A stretch of DNA of 64,000 nt from Piedraia hortae CBS 480.64 (taxonomy: Eukaryota): the NCBI GenBank assembly GCA_010093745.1, contig MU005981.1, forward strand, positions 124,001-188,000, read 5' to 3'. The translations under genes and the position numbers were made by a program. Below are positions 36,505-48,084 of this stretch, one piece after another. A model generated the notes under the pieces. It made no database searches, was not told the DNA's origin, and worked only from the letters and a program-made list of their open reading frames with translations. Each line of letters opens with the position of its first letter. Position 1 is the stretch's first letter.

Positions 36505-39024
36505 CTACCTATTCAACCCCTCCAGCAACCCTTCCTGCCTCCCCGTCTCCACCCTCTGGAACCCCTCGCCCGTCTCCATACTCTCATACGCCTCCGGGGA
36601 CCTATCGGTAATAATCTTCAAATCCCTCTCACTCAACAAATTCCCCACATCAAGCCTCTGCCCATCATCCTTTGCAAGCAAATTCTTCAACTCGACAAAC
36701 ATGTCCCCCTCGCCCCCGGTTGCAGACCTATTAATTCCCCCCTTCTGAATCACTAACTTCTCCAGCCTCCTCTTCCCATCCGCCTTATCCAATAACAACT
36801 GCTCAACCGTATTCTTCGTCGCGAAGCGATACACGATTACCGGTCTCGTCTGACCAATTCTATGCGCGCGGTCCTGCGCCTGAAGATCCTGCTGCGGGTT
36901 CCAGTCACTATCAAACAGCAACACAGTATCCGCTGCGGCAAGATTGATCCCCTGCCCCCCTGCACGGGTTGACAGAAGGAATATATTATGAGTGTTGTTG
37001 TCCGTGGCGTTGAAGGCTGCGATCTGTTCCGTGCGTTCGATCTGAGACATTGACCCGTCGATACGACAGGTTTCCCACCCGCGCAGGTCGTTGCAGTATG
37101 ACTCGATGAGGTCAAGTTGGGATTTGAATTGCGAGAATATCAAGACTTTGTGGCCTGAGGTAAGGAGGGCGGGAAGGAGGCGGTCTAGTAACATCATCTT
37201 GCCGGATGAGGTTACGAGTCGTTCGTCGATGATGTCGTCACGGAAGGGGTTGTAGAAGTTGTAGGGGGAATTGCAGCATTGGCGGAGTTGCATGGCTGGG
37301 TTGAGGAGTTTTTTGGTTGAGATTTCCTTCTTCGCGAGGGCTTCGAATTTTTGTTGTTTGGTTACGGATGGGGGGATGGTGTCTTCGTTTGAGTCGGTGT
37401 GGGAGGAGTCTTCGAGGCGTTGGAAGTAGGTCTCATCTGAGATTTCTTCGTATTTGCGTCGTTTGACGGACCTTTTGCCCCGTTGATCGGTTGGGGTAGA
37501 TGCTCCGCTTGGGCCAGGGGTGATGAGGGCTGATGCTTTGCGCTTTTTGCCGCCCATGCATTCGATTAGCTTGTCTTCGAGGTACTCACGGCTGGTCCCG
37601 TTCAAGAGAGACTCGTACAGCTCACGTTGGGCGGGTACAAGAGGGGCATACAGCACGTACTCTCTTTTCTTGGGAAGAGAGGTTTCTACGTCAGACTTGA
37701 CTCGGCGGAGGAGAAATGGCTTGAGGATGGCATGGAGACTAGTCACGAGGTTTGTCTTCCTCTCCTCCGACAGAATCTGCTCGTAGCCCTGCTTGTCCTT
37801 CAGGGCGCTGAAGTCAAACCAAGACTCAAATGACTCTAGTTTGTCGAAGATTGTAGGCATAAGGAAATGAAGCAGAGACCACAGCTCTGAGAGGTTATTT
37901 TGCAGAGGTGTACCCGTGATGAGAAGCCTGTTGGCGGATTGGTACGACTGCAACTCGCGAATGAGTTTGCAGTTGAGGTTCTTGATGCGATGGCCCTCGT
38001 CAATGATGATGAACTTCCAGCCAAAGGCGGCCAGGTATTTGCGGTCATTCATGCATATCTCGTAGCTGGTACACACGACAGGAAAGCTGGGACTACTGGG
38101 ATTACGCAGACGTTTGCGTCTAATCTCCTCCCGCTGTGGTTTGGTGCCGTGATAAAGGACGACGGGAATGTCAGGAGCCCACTTCTTGAACTCAGCCACC
38201 CAATTACTTGTGGTGCTGAGTGGAGCTGCAATTAAAAACGGCCCATTGACCCCCTTTTCGCGAAGAAAGGCCAAGAATGAAATAGTTTGAATTGTCTTCC
38301 CCAAGCCCATTTCATCAGCCAGGATACCGTTAAGCCCGTTCTCGTATAGCGATGTAAGCCAATCAAGACCCTCTAATTGATACTTCCGCATGATGCCGCC
38401 TGTTACTAAAGCCGGCTGCTTGGCAGACCGCAGTTGTTGGATTCCAACTCCTCCAGATTTGACGTCTCCCCCAGCTTCTTCCGCCAAAGCCTCAGACACA
38501 GTTGCCTGTCCAGCCTTAGCCTCGAGATCTGACTTATTGAAATGGTCCGAGATCTTTCCATTAACCGCTTTCTTTGCTCTGCTACGCGTCGCCCTCTTGG
38601 GCCGTTGCTTGGAGGTTGGATCCGTCTGCGCGGCTGAGCCACGGGTAACGCGCAGCTGGGTTTCGTGTGCAACTTTCTCTGCCCTTTCGTCCTGTTTCTC
38701 TGCCTTTTTACGCTGTTTCTCGTCCTCCGCTGATGCCGCTTCCTCTTGCTGTGTCATTTGCTGCAGCATAATGGCAGAGAAAAGCTTGCTTTGGTTCAAC
38801 AGATACTCCAGAGCCTTATATTTCTGATCAACAACCTCAGACCCGCCGGCGAGATCCTTTTTCCTCTCAGATTCCATCTCCTTCTCGCGTTCGGCCTCTT
38901 CCTTCTGGCGCATTGCCGCCATCTTGGCTTCCTCGTCGCGCATTGCGCGCGTTGGTCCAGAGCCGTCGCCATTCTCCGGCGACGATGGAGGCGTGTCTAG
39001 CCTCTGGTTTGATTCGGCCGACAT
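36505..39024 (-). CDS. IRC5: SNF2-family chromatin remodeller, LSH/HELLS/DDM1 subfamily
   Basis: LYENGLNGILADEMGLGKT, DEGHRIKN, TGTPLQNNL, LLSTRAGGQGINL, QAQDRAHRIGQ; KQPALVTGG motif typical of the LSH/Irc5 subfamily. Confidence 0.9.
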   Translation of the reverse strand: MSAESNQRLDTPPSSPENGDGSGPTRAMRDEEAKMAAMRQKEEAEREKEMESERKKDLAGGSEVVDQKYKALEYLLNQSKLFSAIMLQQMTQQEEAASAEDEKQRKKAEKQDERAEKVAHETQLRVTRGSAAQTDPTSKQRPKRATRSRAKKAVNGKISDHFNKSDLEAKAGQATVSEALAEEAGGDVKSGGVGIQQLRSAKQPALVTGGIMRKYQLEGLDWLTSLYENGLNGILADEMGLGKTIQTISFLAFLREKGVNGPFLIAAPLSTTSNWVAEFKKWAPDIPVVLYHGTKPQREEIRRKRLRNPSSPSFPVVCTSYEICMNDRKYLAAFGWKFIIIDEGHRIKNLNCKLIRELQSYQSANRLLITGTPLQNNLSELWSLLHFLMPTIFDKLESFESWFDFSALKDKQGYEQILSEERKTNLVTSLHAILKPFLLRRVKSDVETSLPKKREYVLYAPLVPAQRELYESLLNGTSREYLEDKLIECMGGKKRKASALITPGPSGASTPTDQRGKRSVKRRKYEEISDETYFQRLEDSSHTDSNEDTIPPSVTKQQKFEALAKKEISTKKLLNPAMQLRQCCNSPYNFYNPFRDDIIDERLVTSSGKMMLLDRLLPALLTSGHKVLIFSQFKSQLDLIESYCNDLRGWETCRIDGSMSQIERTEQIAAFNATDNNTHNIFLLSTRAGGQGINLAAADTVLLFDSDWNPQQDLQAQDRAHRIGQTRPVIVYRFATKNTVEQLLLDKADGKRRLEKLVIQKGGINRSATGGEGDMFVELKNLLAKDDGQRLDVGNLLSERDLKIITDRSPEAYESMETGEGFQRVETGRQEGLLEGLNR

Positions 39025-39066
39025 ACTGGCAATTGGAAAATGGAATGGATGCGCACTTGCAAGGGG

Positions 39067-39104
39067 ACGCGTTTGCGCCGAAACGCGACCAGAGCGCGTC
39101 GCGG
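39067..39104. promoter_or_regulatory. MCB/CGCG cluster upstream of IRC5
   Basis: ACGCGT (39067), AACGCGA, GCGCGT and TCGCGG within 40 bp, 40-80 bp upstream of the ATG. Confidence 0.55.
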
Positions 39105-39779
39105 GAATTTCCGGCGCATCTGCCCTAGCGTGACGTCAGCCTTTGTCGAGATTTCCCGCTCACAGCTAGCCAAAACCATATGGGCTGGGAGACAGGTGTC
39201 AGATTGAGTCAGTTTGGACAATCAGTCATCACTGACTCAATCTACCACCACTGTCAGCTGCCATGAAACCATACATAGCATTAATTAGCCTCGATAGAGC
39301 GAATATCTCGTCTAATCCTTCCGTAGAACTCATGGGCATGGTCGACAGTCTCCTTCTGGAAGACTGCCGAGTCTTCACCTACCTGAAGTGGTTGCAACGC
39401 CTCATGTTTCTTTTCTTTTTTTTTCAACCAATCAAACCACTATCCCAATACACATTTCCGTCTGAACGCCAGAGGCGTCTTCTGGACATTGGGTACCTTT
39501 ACAACGGGCGCTACGGCTAAGCTTCTTTGGTTGTGGGCTTGCAGGCCTGGTTCGGTAACGAGATGACAGTGAGTCTGCCGAAGGCGTAATCTATTCCTTT
39601 GCAGCCGCCTCCAAGAGGTTTCTTTTGTGGACAGCCTTAGTTATCATTCGTTATGTGCTGTTACACGAACTGGTATACTGAGGATGGCTCGTTGCGGTTC
39701 CACCGCCTCTGTGTGCTGTCCCACAAATGGCACGGCTACGGCGAACATTTGATCGCTCTGCTTTTGAAGGAGGTCAGTA

Positions 39780-40639
39780 GTTGGCTGCGCTGGATGAAGT
39801 CAAGCGTAACAGTTTCCAGGGCTGATGTGCCTCAGCGCAGCAATTTTCAAATCGCACATTCTGGCACCCTTCCGTCTTCTAGGTTTAATTGCGTGCGGAG
39901 GCTTTGTATCAGTTATGTAGGGCTAGGTAGATGATTACCTATCGTAAACTGACGAGATAGGTACCTCGAAAACAGGCAGGAATCTCATGACTTGGATTTT
40001 TTCCTCAGTCATCGACAACTTGGCACACGCTATGAACTGGTCAGATTGGAATTGCACCGTCTCATCGCGCAAGTAGCCAAGGAACTTGGATTCCACCTCC
40101 ATTGGGCTGTGGATGTAGTGCGCGTGTTTCTTCAACCACTTCCAGATCTGGACGTGGTCTTTGATCGATCATTGTAGCAGCATATAGTCTTACATCGAGA
40201 TTTAAACCTCGTTTTCAGAGCGGTCAAATGGGAATGGGTCCTTTCACGCAAGCTGAAGCGGTTACAAATGGATCAGTCTCAAACAGATGACTGGACGGAT
40301 TGCATTGCCATTTCTAAGCTGCTGTTCGATGACTTAGGCGGGCAGCTGAGCAGCCGCATCATCCAGCAATATGACAACACAGACCGCGAACCGCCCGTTG
40401 CTCCACAGACTATTCTGGAGTTGAGGAGGTTGGTCAGCGACGTTCACCGCATCGATGCATTTCCGGTGCCCTGTTGGATATACAGCCTGTCGTGTCCATG
40501 TTTCCACTATCGATGGGCTGACGGTGTTCCCATTGTCCGCGACCATTGGCCAGCTTGTCAGGGGCAGATACCTGTTTTTCTCGCAGATTGTTCACGCTGG
40601 GCGTTTTACAACTGTGACAACCGCATGTGGTGCTGTTGA
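39780..40639 (+). pseudogene. Nucleotidyltransferase-fold-like (DUF7582-like) gene with an in-frame TAG
   Basis: After removing intron 39917-39960 it reads LIACGGFVSVMYLENRQESHDLDFF...VAKELG...W...RSL*QHIVL...AVKWEWVLSRKLKR...DDWTDCIAI. The stop is at 40175-40177 and the 5' end is uncertain. Confidence 0.55.
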
Positions 40640-40867
40640 TTTTGGATTTCCTCAATCCATGGTATATTTGCGAAAGGACAGCGTAGCATGACTGTCCGCT
40701 TCGATATTGGTGTTGTTCATCTGGTGGGTTCATCTTCCCAACGTCCCGACATAACTCCGAACGGGGCATTTGCGCGCCTGCACATGGAGTCAAGAATTAG
40801 GGTTGTCAACCGCGCGACGTCACTCGACACGACCTCACTCCGGTCATCACTCCATCAAGCATCCAGC

Positions 40868-41620
40868 ATGGCCCCAAGGAAGAAGCCGCGGGTATCTACA
40901 ACTGAGCCGCCGACTCCCTCCCAGGCCACGCTAATCTACCCGACCGATGCATGGACAGACAGCGAGGAGATTGGGCTGCTAAAAGGGCTTGTCAGGTTCA
41001 AGCCAACGGGTGTTCACAAACACTTCCACCTCACGTCTCTCTATAGCTTCATGATATCTCACGGTTACATTCAAGAAGAGAATCTTCACACGCGTCCCGA
41101 AGGCATCTGGGAGAAGCTGCGGACCATGTACGACTTGGATGCTTTAGACAAGCGAGAAGATGCGCGACTGCTTTCGCCAATCCCCGCAGGGAGCGAGGGA
41201 GAAGATGAAGAGGCTGAAAGATCAGACGATGATGATAGTGCTTATTCTGAGGCCGAGAACAAGATCCACTGTAGCGAGTTTGAGCCTCCTCAGGATGACG
41301 AAGGCTTGCGCGCCATGATGTGGAATAGAAGATTCGTACAGGAGGATGAAAAGGATCCAAGGAGTTCTCCCCCTGCGCTGCCAGAGGTCAATCTCGCCCC
41401 GGAACCTCCGGTCAGTTTTACTCCCCGTCTGATGAGCGCAACGCCTTCTAGGGAAAGCTCGAAAGCTCCGGCAAAGGAGGAGAAGAGAACGCGACAGATG
41501 AGGTCTTCGACTGCGGTGACGAGGAGTAGAAAGAACGATTCTGATGCCGATGAGGATGAGAAGAAGCCGACTCCGCGGAGGAAGGCGACCACAAGGTCAA
41601 CTAGAAAACGTAAACGCTGA
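40868..41620 (+). CDS. EAF7: NuA4 complex subunit Eaf7 (CT20 family)
   Basis: MAPRKK...WTDSEEIGLLKGLVRFKPTGVHKHFH...HTRPEGIWEKLRTMYDLDALDKRE; basic C-terminus. Confidence 0.88.
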   Translation: MAPRKKPRVSTTEPPTPSQATLIYPTDAWTDSEEIGLLKGLVRFKPTGVHKHFHLTSLYSFMISHGYIQEENLHTRPEGIWEKLRTMYDLDALDKREDARLLSPIPAGSEGEDEEAERSDDDDSAYSEAENKIHCSEFEPPQDDEGLRAMMWNRRFVQEDEKDPRSSPPALPEVNLAPEPPVSFTPRLMSATPSRESSKAPAKEEKRTRQMRSSTAVTRSRKNDSDADEDEKKPTPRRKATTRSTRKRKR

Positions 41621-41628
41621 ATTAATGA

Positions 41629-43265
41629 CTATTGATATGTTGTCTGGAGGACATCTGGGCTGTTGTTCGCCAGCTCGACAATCATTTGCCCAAACAGTCC
41701 GTTTGCCCAGGAAAACCAGGGCCGCGTCCAATCGCTTGGGTCGAAAGTGTTGATACTTTCGTGGATGAGGCCCAAGCCATCGGTTGTGGTGACAATCTCA
41801 CGCAGCTGCTGGAATATCTCGTCCTGGCTGATGCTGGTCAGCACGCGTACAATGGAGGCCATTGGCCAGGCTTTGCCCGGTCCATCATGAGGTCCTCCAA
41901 TGGATGCCATGTACGGTCCCCGCATGAAATAAGGGTTCTCGTCACTTAGGGCGAGCTTGCGTGTTGCATGGTAAATGGGGTCTTCGGCTTTCAGGTAGCC
42001 GAAAAAGGGCGCCGCAAGCAAAGACGGAATGTTAGCATCGTCCATGATGTTCTCGCTCGAGTAACCGTCGACTTCATAAGCATAAACCGTTTTATTGGAT
42101 TCAGTTCGCACGATTCCATGCTTAGTAACGGCTGTGCGAAGTCGAGAGGCCAAGTCGCTCATATGAGCAGCTAGAGAGGGCTCATCAATCGCCGCTGCAA
42201 GATCCGCGCACGACTCCAGGTATCTTGCAAACATCATGTTTGAAGGTATCAACCCCTGGAAGATGGCTGCGTCATCGGAAGGCCTGAAGAACGAACGCAC
42301 GAGGCCAGAGTCCCCGTTAAATGGATTCCCAATGCCGTCGTTTGGAACCGTCTCCGTCGCGCGGTCCGTCTCTCTTGTAAAGGTATACGAGGGGGTGTTC
42401 GGCTTCCCGTTCTCCTGATACGTTGAGACGGACATGTTCTGCGCAACTTCGAGGATACTCTCCACGGCTTTGGTCCATTGGTACTTTTTAAAAAACTCTG
42501 CGTCATTCGTCGCATTGTAATAGTTTGCCGAAATCTCAAGGAAGGCAGCAAGAGAGTCCAGCTCATACTTGCACTCAAACACCTGATTTTTATCGTACGG
42601 AGGGTACACCTTGTCATTGTGCGCAGCATCATTCGTTGAGGGCATGATCCTGGACTCGGTCGGTGGCTGAAACGAGTTACAGTACGGATTGATCAGCAGG
42701 TACCGGGCCTGCAGATTAATCACTCCCCTGTACAACGATGCCAGCGAGTTGAAATCGTCCGACGCATTCAGCAAAGGCAGATATGACTGTAACTGGTTCG
42801 AGGAATCGCGAAGCCACATTGCATTGATGTCGCCCGTGATGATGAACGTCAGCTCTTCTCCCGCGGAATTATCGGCATAGCCATGCTATTGTATCCATTA
42901 GCTCTGTCTGTCGTCATTAGAGGTCACCCTACCCATTTGATTGCCGTATCAAGGGTGTTTGGGTAGGCGTTTATGAACAATCGCTTCAAGTCCGGGTCTT
43001 GGATGAGAGCCGCTACGCGGGTGATGGTTTCTTCAACCGCTTCCGAGTGAAATGTACGACATCTTGGTTCCGGCCGCATCGACGAGAGGTTGTATGAGCC
43101 TCCGGAAAAAGGAGCGTGTGGTGTTTGGGAGTAGGCCAGGTAATCTGGACAACTATCGCCGTATTGGCCGTATTGGCCGTATTGGCCGTATTGGCCGTAT
43201 TGGCCGTATTGGCCGGCAACTAAGCTGCTGAAGCTCGCAATCGCGAGCAATAGCTTGGATTGCAT
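41629..43265 (-). CDS. Secreted glycoside hydrolase family 125 (exo-alpha-1,6-mannosidase / Mug157-like) (exons 43265-42933, 42885-41629)
   Basis: Signal peptide; RPEPRCRTF, NAYPNTLDT, ITGDINAMWLRDS, ECKYELDSL, FRPSDDA, MDDANIPSLL, WFSWAN. Confidence 0.93.
43158..43214 (-). repeat. Coding 9-bp tandem repeat encoding (GQY)6
   Basis: Six perfect copies of gccgtattg immediately after the GH125 signal peptide. Confidence 0.95.
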
Positions 43266-44002
43266 TGTTAGCTGAGGAATGAACGTGAGAAAAGAATGTG
43301 CGGGTATCTCGTAGCGGGGCGACCCTCAGAGGCTCATATCATTCTAAGACCTCCTTAGTCCAAAATGGCGCCCGCGTGACTGCTTATCATTTACAATTGT
43401 TTTTGTTTGAATGGCGCTGCTTTGCTTTTGGCGTTCATTTCATCTACATTTTTAACCTTGATGCAGCCTTGTTACTTTTTTTTTCTCCTCCTCACATTAC
43501 AGTGTGCATCATGCACTCATGCGGCTCATGGGACCAACATGTGTCTTCCTGAAAATCCCCATCATCATGGGAGCTCCCAAGCGAGGGGGCTGCATGGCTG
43601 CCACCTACCACGACTGGTGCATGTGCACAGCATGCTTTACCTACCTGGGTGTAAACCATGCCGCGTCACGCGAGCTACTAATCATCATCATGAGACGCGT
43701 ACCCTCATGCCGTAATTAATCTGGCCTATGCAGGCGTGTGTAATTTGAATGTGGAGCGCATGATGCATGACGCATGTGTGAGGGACGGGATGCGGGGTTT
43801 CGTTCGTCCCGCGACTTCGGGTCAACCAATCGTCCCTCGGTGAAATTTTCTAGGATGTCTGCCCGGTTTGCACCGGCAAACGCTTCGTTGTTTCACAGAA
43901 AAAGTCGCACGACAGTTCATGTCCGTTGGTCGTTTCGTGTTAATGTAAATGTTGTGCTGCGATGGTCGGCCTGTGGACCAGGGCTGGGGAACCAGGCCCA
44001 CT

Positions 44003-44120
44003 GGGGCTAGTGCGACTGGGAACCTCATGTCATCGAGAGAGTCTGGACGTCTGTCTAGGTAGACCGTCACAATCTGTGATAGTCTACCTAGACGATGGTG
44101 TAATTCCCATTCCACAGCTC
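44003..44120. repeat. Imperfect inverted repeat / hairpin
   Basis: Core 44053-44093 has a 12-bp perfect stem (gtctaggtagac/gtctacctagac) plus tcaca/tgtga. Outer arms 44003-44035 and 44094-44120 pair loosely. Confidence 0.7.
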
Positions 44121-44673
44121 TGCGGTGATGCTCCGGATCAATCTGGTCGCAAAAGAGAACGGTGGATTCATCGTCACGTTTCACCATAGTTATTGGTCTG
44201 GCACCAGAAGTATGTCCGCTATATTCAGAGTTTGCTGCAGCAGAGAGTCTACAAGTGCGTGGAAATCAGTTTGATGACACTGATAGTCCGCTATAAAGAG
44301 GAATTTGCTGTATCCATTATCCGCCATTCCAGGTCTGACTATAGAAGAAAAATGAACAACACTTTTGCAGGCTGAATAGATACACCATGCTTCACACCGG
44401 TAACACGATCCTATGTCCGTCGTCTCCCGTCCCAGGGTCAGCGAATGTCCCGGTGAAAAAACAGCCAACTCCAGTTGCTGATGCCGTTAAAGCCCCCCAC
44501 TGGGGCTCGCCTCATTCTAACCCACGGACAGTTCGACTGCTCAACTCAACACAAAGGTTTCACATCAGTGCATAATATCCACCCAACCAATCTCCCACCA
44601 GTCAAAGCACTCGCCAACCTGGCTCGTACCGCGCACACCCAGCTCATTTTAAACCTTCTCCGCCCTCAACACC

Positions 44674-45127
44674 ATGTCCGACAACACCGCCCACAAGGCC
44701 AGAACCATGACGGCCAGTGATCAAGAGGGCAACACCATGTCTAACCCATAGACCTATCAGGCCGGCCAGCCAGCCCTCCATGGAATGCAAACCTGTTGAG
44801 AAATCAAACGCTCCTGGTATTGCCAATGATTACCAGCCCGACCAGGTGGACAAGTCCTTCACGGCACCTTCCCCGTCTAATGAGCAGCAGTCCGACAACC
44901 CGGCCTCCGCTGCCAAACACAAGGGCGCGGAACATCAGGCTACACCACCCCACGCCGTCGAAAGCGCGGTTTCTAAGCGCGAGGACCTCATTGCTTCCAC
45001 CACTGAGCTCCTGCCACTGTACACGCACGACCAGCTCTTACGCTCAGGAATCTCCGACCACTACGATGAAGAGGACGTTGAGGCAATTATGGAGGCGATG
45101 GAAGATTTTACGGGCGAATTGTTTTGA
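44674..45127 (+). pseudogene. Small acidic low-complexity gene with a probable frameshift, paralogue of the 2744 locus
   Basis: MSDNTAHKARTMTASDQEGNTMSNP* followed in another frame by ...DHYDEEDVEAIMEAMEDFTGELF. Confidence 0.45.
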
Positions 45128-47322
45128 CGGCTGGGCAGGGTAGTGTAGGGGTTCGTAGGAAACTGCGAATGGAGAGTTGCGTTTTACTGTTTTCTCGGGG
45201 TGGATATGTGTTCTCGGTGGACGTTGCTGTGCGTACCTTGGTTACGTTTTTGGGGGTTAGAGGGTTTGGCAAAGTGCAGACTATGCTTGGGAGCGGATTG
45301 GTCATTGTGCATTGAGATTTTCCGGGTGGAGGCAGGTATAGAATAGCCCATTCGTATGGGACAGCTCTCTGGACGTTAACCCATCGTGCTTTCTATTCTA
45401 AATTATCTCTTGATGTCTGACGTGTCATCGAAAATGACAAGTGGTCCAAACATGACACGTACCAGACACTTCATTGGCACTCTTCACTTCCCACCTCCCG
45501 AACATGGCACAAACCCACGACGCAAGTCAAGCTTTCCGCACAGAAACACTGCGTCCACACAGCACAATATAGGATCTGTAGCGAACCCCGCAAAAATATA
45601 GTCTGATTCCCGCAGAAATATAGTCCTGCTGTCGGAGGGGTGAACCTCCGAGGACTAAAGTGGAGCGAATATCGACTACAGAAGTTTTCACTCAACTTTT
45701 ACTGAAAATGTGAAATGTGGATCTCTATCTCTATGAGGTGAGGTTCGAAACCTCCCCCACACTACCTCAGTCTAACCGCATTTGCCAGGACAACGTCAGC
45801 GAACCATCCCCTTAAGCATGAACGAGACAATGACCCGTCTCAGGGAAAACTTCCTCTATAGAGGTAAAAACCCTGAGAAGTTTCGACTTCTATCTATAGT
45901 TCTGGTCATGGTGGGTGCCACATCCTTCTGACACCTGCCACCGTCGTGGCCAAAAGTTTGAGGATGACGCGCCACATGTCAAACAAGTCGCCATCTTTGA
46001 ATCCGTGCCACACAACATATAAACGTTAAAAAAGGCTCTAAATGACTGCATACGATAGCCAATACCATAGCCAGTCATCTGCTGCTACTTTTGTGTGTTC
46101 AATTATGTTTGCGCATTCGCGAGAACCCGAAGGTCGAGACCTTTCCAATTCAGCCTAAATGCAGTCAAGTTTGAAGCGACGCTACTCCAGCCCAGAACAT
46201 CGCGAAGATCAGGAACTTAGGCATGCTAGGCAGAAGGCTACAAGAAATCGAATGAACTATATTTCATATGCTCAACTTTTGCCTATCGGTCAACAAATGC
46301 GAAAAAGACAAGTCAAAGCTGCATGTCTACAGATCAACTTAACCCTAGTGTTGCCTCCCCAGCTCCGTTCAAAACAAACGCGCCAACAACAGAGCAGCAT
46401 AACACGCGACATCAACCTGAGTCTTAGCTCTTGAACAAAGTCGAGCCTCCATAACTGCCATACTCACCCTGTGCGCTTTGAAACGGACCTTCTCTTGTGA
46501 TTTTCGGAAGCACGAAACTGACTAGTGATGCAGGTAAGAATGCCTCCAAATACTCGCCGTCAACCTCTTATTGAGATTACCAATCAACGAAAACCTCAAC
46601 GAAAACCTCGCCATGATATTCCTGATCGGCAGAGGGGCGCCAATGTCGCGAGGTACAATGCCGGGAAAGGACCCGTCAAGATTTTGTGCGGACAAACTTT
46701 AGAGTCTCCGAAGGCTCATGAAACCTTCACTTAAACCACCTACGTAGGGGAAAACTGGTTATCGTCCGCTACATGACAGTAGACGCGAGAACTTGCCTAG
46801 AAGACGGTCTCTTTGTCCAAAACATGTTTACAGCGTCCCGTTTGCTTGGTCTGGCTTCACCCTAGTATTCTCACCATTGGTCTGGGATGCTACCGCCCCT
46901 CAAAATTCGGCTTTGATCCGTTGGAGTGTTATCGCCATCTTCTCCACAATACTGGGTTTGGCAATCAAAGATGTTTTTGGTGGTCAACGCGGCCAAGGCT
47001 TTGATTAAAGGAGATCATAACGTAGTATCGCATGTCAATGCGCAAGTCGAAATTTGAAAGCCCAGCTAGGTGGCGCACTTTGGTTCCAATGGTAACTTAT
47101 GTCATCATGTTTGACATTTCGAAGACAGTAACATGTGGTGATTTACACCTGTAATCGCCAAACCTAACAAACACGTCACTTTCTGGCTCACTCCACCTGA
47201 GCCCACCCAAGCATTGGACAAACCCACGAGGCCAATAATGTCTGACTGAAGTAATTCTGTGCTCACATGACACTGTGAAAAGCTTCCGCGTCCGTTGCAT
47301 ACCCGCACTCTCATCAGGCAAG

Positions 47323-48084
47323 ATGAACGAAGCGCGCGGCAGACGTGACAAAGTATTCCAGAATAATTCTATGCTGCGTCTGCTCAACAACATCGCAAGT
47401 TTCAACCTCTGGCATACAAAGAAGGTCTCTCCTTTATCGATGCCAGCAGAGATCCGCAACCACATCTTCTCATACGTCTTTACACCCAACGGGAACCCAA
47501 GCCAGCTTCGAGTGTTGCTCGTCTGCCGCCACATCTACGAAGAGTTCAAGCCAATGGCATATATGCGGACGAACTTCAAAATCTCGGAGGGCGCTTTGAG
47601 ATGTGGAATTTTCCCAAAAGCTGCACCGTTGCTCATTGCGAACACTTTGAAAACCGTCCGCTATATCACTTTGTCAATACCGCATCCAGCGCTTAGTAGG
47701 ATGAATGGTGAGGCGCTCCCCTGGCTCGATTACACCAATCTCACCCTAGAACTCCTCACCATGGACCTCAGGCGCGTGTCCCGACGAGAGCGCTTGAAGG
47801 TCTTGATAGAGTTCTATAGAATGTTTGCGTTGGTCACGACGGTCAAGGCTATGACCGAAGTGGAACATCAGGTGAATATGGTCAAAATTCTAGCTTCCAG
47901 CCGTAATGAGCTGGATGATATTCATTACTGGCTCCTGAGACTGGTGCATGTGTCTCTTCGTCATCGGATTGCACTCCTAAGTGCACAAGAACGCAAAGGA
48001 CGTGATTGCATTGTGATTGATTTGAATCGTAGTCTTGAAGGCAGCGGTGCTGGACTGGGTCGAGCAGTTGTCAAAAATTGTTAG
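47323..48084 (+). CDS. F-box-like (DUF7730-like) protein, tandem copy 1
   Basis: SPLSMPAEIRNHIFSYVF...SQLRVLLVCRHIYEEFKPMAYMRTNF; start context ggcaagATG is shared with copy 3. Confidence 0.75.
   Translation: MNEARGRRDKVFQNNSMLRLLNNIASFNLWHTKKVSPLSMPAEIRNHIFSYVFTPNGNPSQLRVLLVCRHIYEEFKPMAYMRTNFKISEGALRCGIFPKAAPLLIANTLKTVRYITLSIPHPALSRMNGEALPWLDYTNLTLELLTMDLRRVSRRERLKVLIEFYRMFALVTTVKAMTEVEHQVNMVKILASSRNELDDIHYWLLRLVHVSLRHRIALLSAQERKGRDCIVIDLNRSLEGSGAGLGRAVVKNC

Noticed and set aside
40688..40867. N-terminal extension of the EAF7 ORF
   Set aside because: The family-like sequence starts at MAPRKK (40868); the extension looks like UTR or promoter.
45738..45756. GAGG-TTCGAAA-CCTC resembling a tRNA T-arm / B-box
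   Set aside because: No D-arm, anticodon arm or acceptor stem could be built around it.
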